Source of the DNA: Longimicrobiales bacterium | GTDB taxonomy: Bacteria; Gemmatimonadota; Gemmatimonadetes; Longimicrobiales; Gaopeijiaceae | Assembly: GCA_965116905.1 (NCBI GenBank) | Contig: OZ220732.1 | Span: forward strand, 1,792,001 to 1,856,000 | DNA length: 64,000 bases | Reading direction: 5' to 3' | Part shown: piece after piece, positions 29,863 to 40,113 of the stretch | Position numbering within the stretch: position 1 is the first letter of the stretch | Layout of the letters: each line of letters starts with the position of its first letter | The notes under the pieces: generated by a model | What the model saw: the letters and a program-made list of their open reading frames with translations, nothing else | Databases searched by the model: none | What the model was told of the DNA's origin: nothing | Translations under genes and position numbers: made by a program

Positions 29863-29900
29863 GGGGGATAGGCTACATATGGGGGGGATAGGCTACGTAT
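29863..29900 (+). repeat. 20-bp-period direct repeat GGGGGATAGGCTACRTAT, 2 copies
   Basis: Read directly, about 35 bp from the IS end. Confidence 0.85.
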
Positions 29901-29943
29901 TGGTGCCGTTTGCGGCGGACTGTGGGAAACGGTTTTCCTTGGA

Positions 29944-31344
29944 CTAGCGCCCGGCCCCCAACGCCTGCGCCAGAAAGGCCACCGCCCGGGGAATGGCTGC
30001 GCGGAGATCAAACACGTCGTGGCCGGCCCCCTCATAAATGTACGCCTCGAACTCGGGCGGGCCCCGCCCCAGGGCCTCCATCGCCGCCATGAGCGCCTCG
30101 GCCTGGGAGACCGAGACCGTCTGGTCGAAGGAACCGTGATGAAGCTGCACCGAGGGCAGGTCCAGCGCGAAGAGGGTGGAGGAGCGCCGCACCAGCTCCA
30201 GTCGCATGTCCCCGCGGGAGTACTCGCCGCGTATGTGGGGCTGGATGAAGGTCGAGTCGAGGTGGGCGACCCCGGTAAGTTCACGCGGCGTGCGCAGGGC
30301 CGCCTCGCGCACGATCTCGCGCACCCAGTCGTCGAAGAAGTACGTCGGGCCGAAGAACGCGACGATCCGTGCGATCCGCGTGTCCCGCACCCCTGCCAGA
30401 AGGGCGACCCCCGCGCCCCGGCTGCCCCCGAAGACGTTGATCGAGTCGGCCTTCGCCTCGGGCGTGGTCTCGATGGCCACGTTCACCAGGGCCAGAAAGT
30501 CGTCCACGTCTTGGTCCCACGGGCTGGGTGGGCCCTCGGAGATCCACACGCTGTCGCCGTGAACGAGTGGCTCGGCCCGAAACGACGGGATCACGTACAC
30601 GAAGCTGTCGCGCAACTCGCCGAGCGCGAACGCCGCAATCTGCACGTCGCCGATCGACACGCCACCGTCTCCGCCGTGCAGGTAGGCCAGGACCGGCAGG
30701 CTTCCCTCGGGCGCGCCGTCGGGCACCAGGATGGCGCCGTAGTGGCGCACCCCGGCGACGCTGTGGGAGACGACGCGGAGATCGACTTCGGAGCCCGCCA
30801 GATCGAGCCGTTCGGCCAGCTCCACCCGCACCTCCGCCGCGGAGACGTCGCGTGCGGCCCAGTCGGCGCGCACGGCGTCGATCTCGGCGTCGGTCGGGGC
30901 CATGAAGAGGGTATCGAGTTCCGCCTCGAGGTCGAGAGCGACCGCCGTCACCGTGGTCGTGGCACTGGCCGCGGTGACCGTGATGGTGTGTTGCCCCGGA
31001 TCCGGCCCGAGGGTCCAGCTCGTGGCGGCCGTCCCGTCGCTGCCGGTGGTGGCCGAGGCGGGGTCGGCAGAACCCTGGCCCGCGGCGGGTGCAAACGTGA
31101 CCGCCTGGCCCGACATCGGCTGGCCCTGGGCGTCCAGAACGCGGACCACGATCGCGTCGGCGAGGGACAGCCCCTGCACGGTGCGCTGGTCGGCTCCCGA
31201 GAGGGTCTGGACGGTGGTGGGGGTGGGGGGTGCGGGTGGCTCGACGGGCGGTTCGACAGGTGGCCCGAGGGATTCGCTGCAGGCGGTGAGCGAAATGGCG
31301 GCCAGGAAAGCGACGAATGCGATGGGCCGAAGTCGTGGAGACAT
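29944..31344 (-). CDS. Lipoprotein with Ig-like (Big_1) domain and alpha/beta-hydrolase (S9-like) domain
   Basis: Lipobox LTAC, Pro-rich linker, Ig motif VRVLDAQGQP...TGSDGTA, then LHGG, GGSRG, D and H triad motifs. The long 888-aa track ORF is an over-extension. Confidence 0.82.
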   Translation of the reverse strand: MSPRLRPIAFVAFLAAISLTACSESLGPPVEPPVEPPAPPTPTTVQTLSGADQRTVQGLSLADAIVVRVLDAQGQPMSGQAVTFAPAAGQGSADPASATTGSDGTAATSWTLGPDPGQHTITVTAASATTTVTAVALDLEAELDTLFMAPTDAEIDAVRADWAARDVSAAEVRVELAERLDLAGSEVDLRVVSHSVAGVRHYGAILVPDGAPEGSLPVLAYLHGGDGGVSIGDVQIAAFALGELRDSFVYVIPSFRAEPLVHGDSVWISEGPPSPWDQDVDDFLALVNVAIETTPEAKADSINVFGGSRGAGVALLAGVRDTRIARIVAFFGPTYFFDDWVREIVREAALRTPRELTGVAHLDSTFIQPHIRGEYSRGDMRLELVRRSSTLFALDLPSVQLHHGSFDQTVSVSQAEALMAAMEALGRGPPEFEAYIYEGAGHDVFDLRAAIPRAVAFLAQALGAGR

Positions 31345-31391
31345 GCCGTGGAAGCTCACGAGGCCCGGCGGCGCGCGCAACAAGACACTAC

Positions 31392-31431
31392 TTTGACGGC
31401 CACCACGCCAGTTTGACGGCCACCACGCCAG
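31392..31431 (+). repeat. Perfect 20-bp tandem duplication TTTGACGGCCACCACGCCAG in a divergent intergenic region
   Basis: Read directly; each copy contains a TTGACG -35-like hexamer. Confidence 0.9.
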
Positions 31432-31485
31432 GACACTCATGCCGGTGTCCTGGTTGCGTCTGAGCCTCCAGCCGCCTCGCGACCC

Positions 31486-32682
31486 ATGAACCCAGGCCAC
31501 GCCATTGCCCGCCGCTCTTTCCTCGCTTCGGCCGCCGGCATCGCGCTGGCGGGCGCCGGGGCCGCATGCCGGGAGTCCCGGACCGGCACGTCCGACCCCG
31601 GAGCCGACGCGCCCGATCCTCAAGCCGACCTTTTCGTCGTCAACATGCTCGGCGGGATCCGCAATCCGAACATCCCGAGGTCGGGAGGGCCGTCCGGAGC
31701 CCTTGAGGGCGAGCGGCGGACCTCTCTCGACGACCGGGCGCTTGCCGACGCCATCGCCTCCGGCACCGCCGCGGTCAATACCACAATCGGCTATGTCGCG
31801 GGTCCCCGGGAGCCCTTCGAAAGCTCCGTGGCCGACATTGCCCGCTGGAACACCATCATCCGGACGCATCCCGACGCCCTCCTGAAGGTCTGGGCGGCGA
31901 GCGACATCGAGAGGGCTGCGGACGAGGGCAAGGTCGGCATCATCCAGGGTTTCCAGAACGCCGCGATGATGGGGGACGACGCCCAGCGGGCCGGTGTCTT
32001 CGCGGGGCTGGGCGTGAAGGTCATCCAGCTCACCTACAACGGCGCGAACCAGCTCGGTCACGGATCGATGGTGCCCGAGAACGGGGGGCTCACCGACTTC
32101 GGGCGAGATGTCGTCGCCGAGCTCAATGCGACGAGGACTCTGGTGGACCTCAGCCACAGCGGTGAGCAGACCTGTCTGGACGGCATCGAGGCGTCCAGCG
32201 CGCCCGTGGCGATCACCCACACGGGCTGCCGGGCCGTGACGGACCTGCCACGCAACAAGACGGACCGGGAACTCCGCCTGGTGGCCGACGGCGGCGGATT
32301 CGTCGGGATCTATTTCATGCCCTTCCTCGCGGCCGATGGAATGGCTGTGGCGGACGACGTGGTGCGGCACATCGAGCACGCCGTGCAGGTGTGCGGCGAG
32401 GAACACGTCGGCATCGGGACCGACGGGGGCACGACGGCGCACGACGACATGGACGCGGCGTACGAGGCGGCGCGCAGGGATGTCGAGGCGCGGCGGGCAG
32501 CGGGGATCGGCGCGGCGGGCGAACGGGCCGGGGTCGTGCCGTTCATCCCCGACCTGCAGGGCCCGGACCAGTTCCGGAAGCTTGCGGGCATGCTGCGGGC
32601 GCGGGGCCACACGGCAGAGCGCGTCGAGAGAATCCTGGGGCTCAACGCGTTGCGCGTCGTGCGCGAGGTGTGGGGCGCGTAG
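31486..32682 (+). CDS. Membrane dipeptidase (peptidase M19), Tat-exported
   Basis: RRSFL Tat motif, QLTYN..N, GLT.FG, VDLSH, ITHT, RNK, HVGIGTD. Confidence 0.9.
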   Translation: MNPGHAIARRSFLASAAGIALAGAGAACRESRTGTSDPGADAPDPQADLFVVNMLGGIRNPNIPRSGGPSGALEGERRTSLDDRALADAIASGTAAVNTTIGYVAGPREPFESSVADIARWNTIIRTHPDALLKVWAASDIERAADEGKVGIIQGFQNAAMMGDDAQRAGVFAGLGVKVIQLTYNGANQLGHGSMVPENGGLTDFGRDVVAELNATRTLVDLSHSGEQTCLDGIEASSAPVAITHTGCRAVTDLPRNKTDRELRLVADGGGFVGIYFMPFLAADGMAVADDVVRHIEHAVQVCGEEHVGIGTDGGTTAHDDMDAAYEAARRDVEARRAAGIGAAGERAGVVPFIPDLQGPDQFRKLAGMLRARGHTAERVERILGLNALRVVREVWGA

Positions 32683-32740
32683 CGGGATCGGTGAGGGTGC
32701 GGCGGCACTGGCCCGCTACTGGTCCGCGCCACTGAAATAA

Positions 32741-32797
32741 CGATTGGACGCTCTTTCAGTATCGATTGGACGCTGATACGATAGACAATCGGACGCT
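32741..32797 (+). promoter_or_regulatory. Three direct repeats C(G/A)AT(T/C)GGACGCT with 22-23-bp period upstream of the AAA ATPase gene
   Basis: Copies at 32741, 32763 and 32786. Confidence 0.7.
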
Positions 32798-34094
32798 GCG
32801 TACCCGTGATCCACGTCCTCCATGTCGCGCGCGACCCTCCACACCGAAAGAGAGACCGGTCATCGTCCAGTTTCCACGCTACACCACCCGCCTTGTCGAG
32901 GAGGCGCTGACCGACACTCCCGTGGTTTTCGTCATGGGGGCGCGCCAGGTCGGAAAGACCACCCTGGTCCGGGACCTGATCGACGACGCGTGGGAGTACA
33001 TCACCTTCGATGATCTGGCCCAGGCCGAAGTGGCGCGAGCGGACCCGGTGGGCTTCATCCGCAATCTTCCTGCAAAGCGAATCGCCCTTGATGAGGTGCA
33101 GCGGGTGCCCGATACCCTCGTCGCGATCAAGCGGGCCGTGGATGAGAATCGGTCCCCAGGCCGCTTTCTGCTTACCGGCTCCGCCAATGCGCTGCTGCTC
33201 CCCAGAGTCTCTGATGCGCTCGTGGGCAGGATGGAAGCTGTGCGCCTCACTACCCTGTCGGAGTGTGAGATCATCGGTCGCAGGCCTGCGTTTCTGGAGA
33301 CCCTGCTCAACGGTGAGGCCCCGACCGCGGAGGATGTCCGGGTCAGGGATCACCTGGTGCGACGCGTCGTGACAGGTTGCTTTCCGGAGCCGCTGCTCAG
33401 GGGGAGTGAGAAGCGGGGACACGCGTGGCATCGGCAGTATCTCAACACGCTGATTCAGCGCGACCTGAGCGATCTGCAGCGGATTGGCAATGTCGAGGCG
33501 ATATCCAGACTCCTCCGCTTCACCGCCGTCCTCTCCGGCCAGCTCGTCAACCTTGCGGATCTGGGCGGGAAGCTGGGGCTCAACCGTGTAACTGCCGGCA
33601 AATACCTCGCGCTATTGGAACAACTCTTTCTGATCGAGCGCCTGCCCGCATGGCACGCCAGCGAGTACCGGCGGTTGGTGAAGACGCCGAAGATCCACGC
33701 AGTCGACACCGGAATGATGTGCGCGCTGCGAGGGATCACCGGTCGCAGGCTGCTTCGCAACCCCGTGGAACTGGGGTCGCTTCTGGAGTCTTTCGTGTAC
33801 AACGAGCTGCGAAAGCAGGCCCTGTGGACGGATGGCCCGCTCACCTTCAATCACTATCGGGACAAGGACCAGGTTGAGGTCGACCTGGTGATCGAGGATG
33901 CTGCAGGGGACTGCTACGGGGTGGAGGTCAAGGCGGCGGCCTCGCTTCGCGCGCAGGATTTCACCGGCCTCAGGCGGTTGCGCCGAATCGCGGGCGATCG
34001 ATTGCGCATGGGCGTCCTCCTCTACGACGGTGATCACACCACGGCGTTCGGCGACCGGCTTTTCGCGGTGCCGATCGGTGCGTTGTGGAGTTGA
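32766..34094 (+). CDS. AAA+ ATPase with C-terminal DUF4143 / PD-(D/E)xK-like domain; true start probably near 32860
   Basis: GARQVGKTT, LDEVQR, FLLTGSA, KTPK...DTG, YRD...EVD.V.E...EVK. Confidence 0.9.
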   Translation: MDADTIDNRTLRTRDPRPPCRARPSTPKERPVIVQFPRYTTRLVEEALTDTPVVFVMGARQVGKTTLVRDLIDDAWEYITFDDLAQAEVARADPVGFIRNLPAKRIALDEVQRVPDTLVAIKRAVDENRSPGRFLLTGSANALLLPRVSDALVGRMEAVRLTTLSECEIIGRRPAFLETLLNGEAPTAEDVRVRDHLVRRVVTGCFPEPLLRGSEKRGHAWHRQYLNTLIQRDLSDLQRIGNVEAISRLLRFTAVLSGQLVNLADLGGKLGLNRVTAGKYLALLEQLFLIERLPAWHASEYRRLVKTPKIHAVDTGMMCALRGITGRRLLRNPVELGSLLESFVYNELRKQALWTDGPLTFNHYRDKDQVEVDLVIEDAAGDCYGVEVKAAASLRAQDFTGLRRLRRIAGDRLRMGVLLYDGDHTTAFGDRLFAVPIGALWS

Positions 34095-34095
34095 C

Positions 34096-34860
34096 GTGTA
34101 CGCGGGACTGACCGTCGGTGTGGTGGTCCCGGCGAGGGACGAGGCGCAGAACATCGGGGCCGTCGTTGCCGACCTGCTTGCGCTGCGGGACGAACACGGC
34201 GCGCCCGTGGTCGACCATTTCGTCGTGTGCGACAACGGATCGACCGACGCGACTGCGGACCGTGCGCGCGAAGCGGGGGCGCGGACCGTGCGACAGGAGA
34301 CACCGGGGTACGGACTGGCGTGTCTGACCGCCCTTGCGGCCCTCGATCCGGTCGACGTGGTGCTCTTCACGGACGGCGACCGGTCCTTCGAGGCCGTGCA
34401 GGGGCTGAGACTGCTCGAAGCCGTCGCCGGCGGGGCCGATCTGGCCATTGGCTCGCGAGCGTTGGGCCGGAGGGAGCCGGGCGCCCTGTCGCTGCCGCAG
34501 ATTGCCGGCAACCGGGTGGCCGGCCTGCTGATCCGTCTCCTGTGGGGAGTGGCGGTCACCGACCTCGGTCCCTACCGCGCGATTCGCGCCGATGCGCTGC
34601 GGCGCCTCGACATGCAGGACCGCACGTACGGCTGGACGGTCGAGATGCAGATCAAGGCCATCCAGAACCGGTTGTGCGTCGCCGAGGTGCCCGTGGACGC
34701 CCTGCGGCGCCGCTTCGGCCGCTCGAAGGTCGGAGGCACCGTGCGGGGCGTCGTCGGTGCCAGCGTGGGGATCCTGTCGATGATCGCGCGGCTCCGCTGG
34801 CGGGAGGTCCGTCTCGGGCCAGGGGTGCCAGCCGGCGGTGCTGGACCGCCCTCGGGGTGA
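34096..34860 (+). CDS. Glycosyltransferase family 2
   Basis: VVVPARDE, DNGSTD, GYG.AC, FTDGD, TDLGPYRAIR, YGWTVEMQ. Confidence 0.9.
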   Translation: MYAGLTVGVVVPARDEAQNIGAVVADLLALRDEHGAPVVDHFVVCDNGSTDATADRAREAGARTVRQETPGYGLACLTALAALDPVDVVLFTDGDRSFEAVQGLRLLEAVAGGADLAIGSRALGRREPGALSLPQIAGNRVAGLLIRLLWGVAVTDLGPYRAIRADALRRLDMQDRTYGWTVEMQIKAIQNRLCVAEVPVDALRRRFGRSKVGGTVRGVVGASVGILSMIARLRWREVRLGPGVPAGGAGPPSG

Positions 34861-34913
34861 CAACCGTGCCGGCCGGGGAGGGTGTCGATAGGGAAAGAGA
34901 CACAGGAGTCGGC

Positions 34914-36143
34914 ATGGCAAGACGGGGACGAATCCGGTCGGTTGTGGCCGCCATCCCGGGCGCGGTCATCGCCGTCGCCGCCTGCGGTCAAGGCACGCCG
35001 AGCCGGGCGGACGCGACCTTCGCCGTCGACAGCGCGGGCATCGAGATCGTCACCAGCGACCCGCTGCCTGCCGGCGCACGATGCATCCTCGGCGACCAAC
35101 CGATCCTGTCCATCGGCGAACTCGATGGTGAGGACCCCTACCTGTTCCATCAGATTCGCGATGCCGCCCGCCTCTCGGACGGGTCGGTGGCGGTTGTGGA
35201 CGGATCCAGCCGAGAGGTCCGCATCTTCAGCGGCACCGGTGAGCACCTACAGTCAATGGGTGGTCCTGGCGAGGGCCCCGGCGAGTTCCGCGGGCCGTGG
35301 CTCTTGTGGGTGTTGCCGGGCGACACCCTCTGGGTTGGGGACTACATGCCGTGGCGCTTCAACGTCTTCTCCCGGACGGGCGAGTTCAGCCGCGCGGTGC
35401 AGCCGGTTCCCTACCCACTGCACGCGTTTGTGCGTGGCGGCGTGCTACGGAATGGAACGTCGATCAACGTCACGCAGGCTATGGCGGCACCTGGAACCGA
35501 AGAGACGACGCTGCTTGCGCTGGCGCACGGCCCGGACGGGGCCCTGATCGACACCGTGGCCTCGCTTCCGGGGTCGCGTTTCGAATCGGTGACCGAGCTC
35601 CCCGGGCTCTTCCTCATGCCTGTTTTCCAGGCCAGTTCGGTGGTCGCGGCTCGCGAGGTCACGATCGCCATGACCAGCGCCCGGAATCCCGAGGTTCACG
35701 TGCTCGATACGGAGTTCCGACTGCGCCGGATCGTACGCTGGCTGGAGCCCGACAGGGATGTGACGGACCGGCACGTCCAGGCTTTCCGCGAGGACTACGT
35801 GGCGGGGCGCGGGGGTCGGGACGGCCCGGGCTGGAGCGCGGCGGACGAAGCCTCCATCGGCGACTCCCGCGCCGTCGCCGAGCGCTTCCCCACCGCATCG
35901 GACCTCATGCTCGGCGGTGACGGTCGCCTGTGGGTGAAGCGTTTCGTCCGGCCGCGTGAGGAGCCGGAGTGGCTGGCATTTGGTCCGCACGGCGGCTTCG
36001 TCTGTCGTTTCACGCCCGGATCCGGTCTGACGCCGTACGAATTCGGCTCCGACTACGTTCTGGGGCTCCGCATCGATGACCTGGGCACGGAGCGCGTGCT
36101 GATGTACCGGTTGGACCCTCCAGACAACCGGATCGGCGACTGA
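34914..36143 (+). CDS. 6-bladed beta-propeller lipoprotein
   Basis: Lipobox VAAC, DSAGIEIV, GGPGEGPGEF, C-terminal DDLGTERV. Confidence 0.75.
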   Translation: MARRGRIRSVVAAIPGAVIAVAACGQGTPSRADATFAVDSAGIEIVTSDPLPAGARCILGDQPILSIGELDGEDPYLFHQIRDAARLSDGSVAVVDGSSREVRIFSGTGEHLQSMGGPGEGPGEFRGPWLLWVLPGDTLWVGDYMPWRFNVFSRTGEFSRAVQPVPYPLHAFVRGGVLRNGTSINVTQAMAAPGTEETTLLALAHGPDGALIDTVASLPGSRFESVTELPGLFLMPVFQASSVVAAREVTIAMTSARNPEVHVLDTEFRLRRIVRWLEPDRDVTDRHVQAFREDYVAGRGGRDGPGWSAADEASIGDSRAVAERFPTASDLMLGGDGRLWVKRFVRPREEPEWLAFGPHGGFVCRFTPGSGLTPYEFGSDYVLGLRIDDLGTERVLMYRLDPPDNRIGD

Positions 36144-36170
36144 TCGCGACCCACCCCGGCGGGCGCGGGG

Positions 36171-36950
36171 CTACCGCAGCAGCTCGGGCAGCACTTCACC
36201 CGCCTTGCCCCGCAGCGCCACCGCGGCGGCCCCGGTCAGTGCGGTCTCCTCGGTGTTGACCTCGATGATGCGGCCTCCTGCCCGGAGCGTGGCCAACGGG
36301 ATCGCCGCGGCCGGGTAGACCACCGCGCTGGTCCCGATCACGAGGCATAGATCCGCCCGTTCAGCCATGGACTGGGCGCGGGCGAGCACATCCGGATCCA
36401 GCATCTCGCCGAAGAGCACCACGTCGGGGCGGCGGAGCCCGCCGCAGTCCGCGCAGCGCGGGAGGGAGTCGCCCAGCGGCTCGGCCTCCGCGCGGGCGCC
36501 GCAATGGTTGCACCGGTCACGCGCAATCGCGCCGTGAATCTCGACCGGCAGTGCGGCGTCCGGCGGCCTGTCGCCCGCCTCCTCACGTGCGGCCCTGGTG
36601 TGGAGCCCGTCGACGTTCTGGGTCACCAGCCCGGCGACGCCCCGCCGCAGGAAGAAGCGCGCCAGCGCGCGGTGGCCGTCGTTGGGCACGCAGGTCCCCA
36701 GGAAGCTTCGGCGCCAGGCGTACCACTGCCACACCGTGTCGGGGTCGCGCTCGAAGGCGTCGATCGTCGCGAGTTCCTCCGGCCGGTAGTTGCGCCACAG
36801 GCCGCCGTGCCCCCGAAACGTCGGCACGCCCGATTCGGCGGAGATGCCCGCACCCGTCATGGCGACCACGCGCTCAGAATCGGCCACCAGCCTCCGGGCC
36901 TCGCCCGCACGCGCGCCCACGGCGCTTCCCCCACCTGCGTTTCCTGCCAT
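36171..36950 (-). CDS. cobB: NAD-dependent protein deacylase (sirtuin)
   Basis: TGAGISAESGVPTFRG, TQNVDGLH, HG, two CxxC, RPDVVLFGE, GTSA.VYPAA. Confidence 0.95.
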   Translation of the reverse strand: MAGNAGGGSAVGARAGEARRLVADSERVVAMTGAGISAESGVPTFRGHGGLWRNYRPEELATIDAFERDPDTVWQWYAWRRSFLGTCVPNDGHRALARFFLRRGVAGLVTQNVDGLHTRAAREEAGDRPPDAALPVEIHGAIARDRCNHCGARAEAEPLGDSLPRCADCGGLRRPDVVLFGEMLDPDVLARAQSMAERADLCLVIGTSAVVYPAAAIPLATLRAGGRIIEVNTEETALTGAAAVALRGKAGEVLPELLR

Positions 36951-37052
36951 ATTTCTCGCTTCCGTAATCCAATCGCGGTTCGGCCGTATCTCGCCCTGTC
37001 TCCCGGACCCAATCGGGCCCAACCCCACCCGCCACCATGGGAACCCAAGCAC

Positions 37053-38324
37053 ATGCACGACGAAACCATTGCCATTCATCTGGGCTACGACTCGGAACCT
37101 ACGACGCACGCCGTTGCCGTGCCCGTCTACCAGACCGTCGCCTATGAGTTCGACGACGCCCAGCACGGCGCCGACCTCTTCAACCTTGCTGTCCCCGGCA
37201 ACATCTACACCCGCATCATGAACCCCACGCAGGCCGTGCTCGAGGAGCGGGTCGCGCGGCTCGAGAAGGGCGTCGCGGCGCTGGCCCTCTCATCCGGCAG
37301 CGCGGCGGTCAACTACTCGATCCTCAACCTGGCCAGGGCCGGCGACAACATCGTCTCGGTGCCCCAGCTCTACGGCGGCACCTACACCCTCTTCGCGCAC
37401 ATGCTGCCCCAGCAGGGCATCGACGTGCGCTTCGCCGAGGGCGACTCCCCCGACGATCTGGCCCGGCTCATCGACGATCGCACGAAGGCGATCTTCTGCG
37501 AAAGCATCGGCAACCCCGCCGGCAACATCGTGGATCTGGCCGCCGTGGCCGAGATGGCGCGGTCCCACGGCATCGCGACCATCGTCGACAACACGGTTGC
37601 CACCCCCGCGCTTCTCAAGCCCGTCGAGCACGGCTTCGACATCATCGTCCACTCCCTGACCAAGTACATGGGCGGACACGGCAGTTCGCTGGGCGGCGCC
37701 ATCGTCGATTCGGGCAACTTCCCGTGGGCGGAGACCAACGGACGCTACCCGATGTTCACCACTCCCGAGCCCAGCTACCACGGCGTCGTCTACACCGAAG
37801 CGCTGGGTCCGGCGGCCTATATCGGCCGGGCGCGCACGGTCCCGCTGCGCAACACGGGTTCGGCGATCTCCCCGTTCAACGCCTTCCAGATCATGCAGGG
37901 CATCGAGACGCTGAACCTGCGCATGGAGCGCCACTGCGCCAACGCGCTCGCCGTGGCGAAGCACCTGCAGGCCCACCCGAAGGTCGAATGGGTGAGCTAC
38001 GCGGGCCTGCCCGGGGATCCGTACCACGATCTGGCCGTCCGGTACCTGGGCGGACAGGCGTCGGGGATCCTCACCTTCGGCGTGAAGGGCGGCTTCGAGG
38101 CCGGCGTCCGCTTCTACGACGCGCTGCAGCTCTTCAAGCGGCTGGTCAACATCGGCGACGCCAAGTCGCTGGCCTGCCACCCGGCTTCCACCACGCACCG
38201 GCAGCTCACCGAAGAGGAGCAGCTGAGCGTGGGCGTGCGGCCGGAGACCATCCGGCTGTCGGTCGGGATCGAGCACATCGACGACATCGTCGAGGACCTC
38301 GACCAGGCGCTGGCCGCAGGCTAG
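37053..38324 (+). CDS. metY: O-acetylhomoserine aminocarboxypropyltransferase
   Basis: PVYQT, YTRIMNPT, HSLTKYMGGHG (PLP Lys), NIGDAKSL..HPASTTH. Confidence 0.93.
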   Translation: MHDETIAIHLGYDSEPTTHAVAVPVYQTVAYEFDDAQHGADLFNLAVPGNIYTRIMNPTQAVLEERVARLEKGVAALALSSGSAAVNYSILNLARAGDNIVSVPQLYGGTYTLFAHMLPQQGIDVRFAEGDSPDDLARLIDDRTKAIFCESIGNPAGNIVDLAAVAEMARSHGIATIVDNTVATPALLKPVEHGFDIIVHSLTKYMGGHGSSLGGAIVDSGNFPWAETNGRYPMFTTPEPSYHGVVYTEALGPAAYIGRARTVPLRNTGSAISPFNAFQIMQGIETLNLRMERHCANALAVAKHLQAHPKVEWVSYAGLPGDPYHDLAVRYLGGQASGILTFGVKGGFEAGVRFYDALQLFKRLVNIGDAKSLACHPASTTHRQLTEEEQLSVGVRPETIRLSVGIEHIDDIVEDLDQALAAG

Positions 38325-38414
38325 CCGGCTCGCCAGGGTGAGTCAGGCACCGTCCTGCAGCGGCCCGTGGCGTCGCGAATCCGCTTCGCCACGGGCCGGT
38401 ACTCGCGCCGTGGG

Positions 38415-39530
38415 TCAGTTCCCCGAACGCACGTACTTCGTCAGTCCGCCGCCGGCGGCGGCCAGCGAGATCGGCCCCTCCGCGGCGTATACGTTGCCTT
38501 CCCAGTCGGCCGCGACGCCCTCGCCGGCGAAGCCGTGCGGACGCTCGTCGGAGATGGCGTGCGGCGGAATGAACCCGGTGACCCGGTCCTCCGACGCGTG
38601 GCCGATCCGGATCCCGGTCATCCAGCCCTCGTGGTTGTTCGGGTTGGACTCGGAGTCGATCGCGTACAGGTTGTCGTCCGCGTCGATAAACAGCCCGCTG
38701 ATGCGGCTGAACTGGTAGTACGAGTCCAGGTGGTTGCCGTCCTGGTCGAAGATCTGGATGCGGTGGTTCCCGCGGTCCGCCACGAAGAGGCGGCCCTGCG
38801 AGTCGAAGGCCATGCCGTGCGGGGTGCGGAACTCGCCCGGACCGTCGCCGATCTGGCCCCACTCCATGATGTACTCGCCCTCCGGCGAGAACTTGATGAT
38901 GCGCCCGGTCGATCCCTCGGGGGGGTTGGCGTTCTGCCCGCTGTGCCCGTCCGAGACGAAGATGTCCCCGTTCGGGGCCGTGATCACGTCGCAGGGCTCG
39001 TTGAAAAAGCCGGGTTCGATGCCCCGCCTCCCCGCCCGTCCCAGGGTCAACAGCACTTCGCCTTCCGGGCTGAACTTGATGACCTGGTGACCCTTGTCCA
39101 CCGTACCCATCGAGTCGGTGACCCAGACGTTGCCGTCCGCGTCCACGTGGATCCCGTGCGGCAGCACGAAGAATCCCGCACCGAAGCTGGCCAGGATCTC
39201 GCCGGTCTCACGGTGAAACTTGAAGATCGGATCGACCAGGGTTTCGGCGCATCCGCCGGCCAGCCCCACTCCGCCGCAACGGTCGTAGGCCCATATGTGA
39301 CCGTCGGTCGGATCGATGTCGACCCCGGCCGTCGAGCCCCATTCGCGTCCGTCGGGAAGGTCGACCCAGTCTGCCATCACCTCGGACGCCGGGTTCGGCA
39401 GGCCAGCCATGGCGGGGTCCGGAATGGCGGTCGGATCGGCTGCCGGCGCGTCCTGTTCCTCGGCGCTTTCGTATGCGCAGCCTGCGGCCAGCGTCAGGCC
39501 CAGGATCCAGAAATACGTTTGCTTCCTCAT
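38415..39530 (-). CDS. NHL-repeat lipoprotein, peptidyl-alpha-hydroxyglycine alpha-amidating lyase family
   Basis: PHGIHVD..GNVWVTD, HQVIKFSPEG, IFVSDG, FVADRGNHRIQIF. Confidence 0.88.
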   Translation of the reverse strand: MRKQTYFWILGLTLAAGCAYESAEEQDAPAADPTAIPDPAMAGLPNPASEVMADWVDLPDGREWGSTAGVDIDPTDGHIWAYDRCGGVGLAGGCAETLVDPIFKFHRETGEILASFGAGFFVLPHGIHVDADGNVWVTDSMGTVDKGHQVIKFSPEGEVLLTLGRAGRRGIEPGFFNEPCDVITAPNGDIFVSDGHSGQNANPPEGSTGRIIKFSPEGEYIMEWGQIGDGPGEFRTPHGMAFDSQGRLFVADRGNHRIQIFDQDGNHLDSYYQFSRISGLFIDADDNLYAIDSESNPNNHEGWMTGIRIGHASEDRVTGFIPPHAISDERPHGFAGEGVAADWEGNVYAAEGPISLAAAGGGLTKYVRSGN

Positions 39531-39640
39531 GTCTCTCTCCCTGTTATTGGGCAGGCTGTTGGCGCTATTGTCGGCATGCGTCTGCAGCCATGCTGGCCCG
39601 CACGCGGTCGGGAGTCAAGCGGGGAGGAGGGTGTTGCCAA

Positions 39641-40072
39641 ATGATTCAGTTGCCGCGTCGTGGCTTCACTCCGTGGATCCACAGGCGGGCTGTCCTCCTC
39701 ACGGCTGTCGCCCTGTCCTCCGCATGCGGGAACGGCCCGGCCGAGCCGGAGAATCCCACGGTCACCGGCAACTGGGTCGGAACAGGCGTCTCGGCCGGTG
39801 CCCTTGAGGAATGGAGTTTCACCCTGGAGGAGGCTTCCGGCGGGAGCGTCACTGGGTCGTTCGTCCTCCGTGTCGAGAGGCTGGTGTTTTCCGGCACCCT
39901 CACCGGTACCCACGAATACCCCGCGTTGTCCCTCGCACTGAACATGACCTTCTTTGGGCAGATCGTGTCCGGCACGTACGAGGGACAGCTGACCTCGCCC
40001 GAGAGCATCGAAGGGGAGTATCAGCTCGTGGAGGATCCACAGACGCTGGATCTGGCACGGCTTGGCGCGTGA
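39641..40072 (+). CDS. Hypothetical lipoprotein
   Basis: Lipobox SSAC; beta-rich VTGNWVG domain. Confidence 0.65.
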   Translation: MIQLPRRGFTPWIHRRAVLLTAVALSSACGNGPAEPENPTVTGNWVGTGVSAGALEEWSFTLEEASGGSVTGSFVLRVERLVFSGTLTGTHEYPALSLALNMTFFGQIVSGTYEGQLTSPESIEGEYQLVEDPQTLDLARLGA

Positions 40073-40113
40073 CCGCCGCAGAGGGCGGGGGGATTCTGTC
40101 CACGGGCTCCTTG

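Noticed and set aside
29944..32610. 888-aa fusion protein
   Set aside because: The N-terminal half is antisense to the dipeptidase gene; the real gene starts at 31344 with a signal peptide.
36951..37052. SAM riboswitch upstream of metY
   Set aside because: About 100 bp of divergent intergenic DNA without recognisable SAM-I/II consensus elements.
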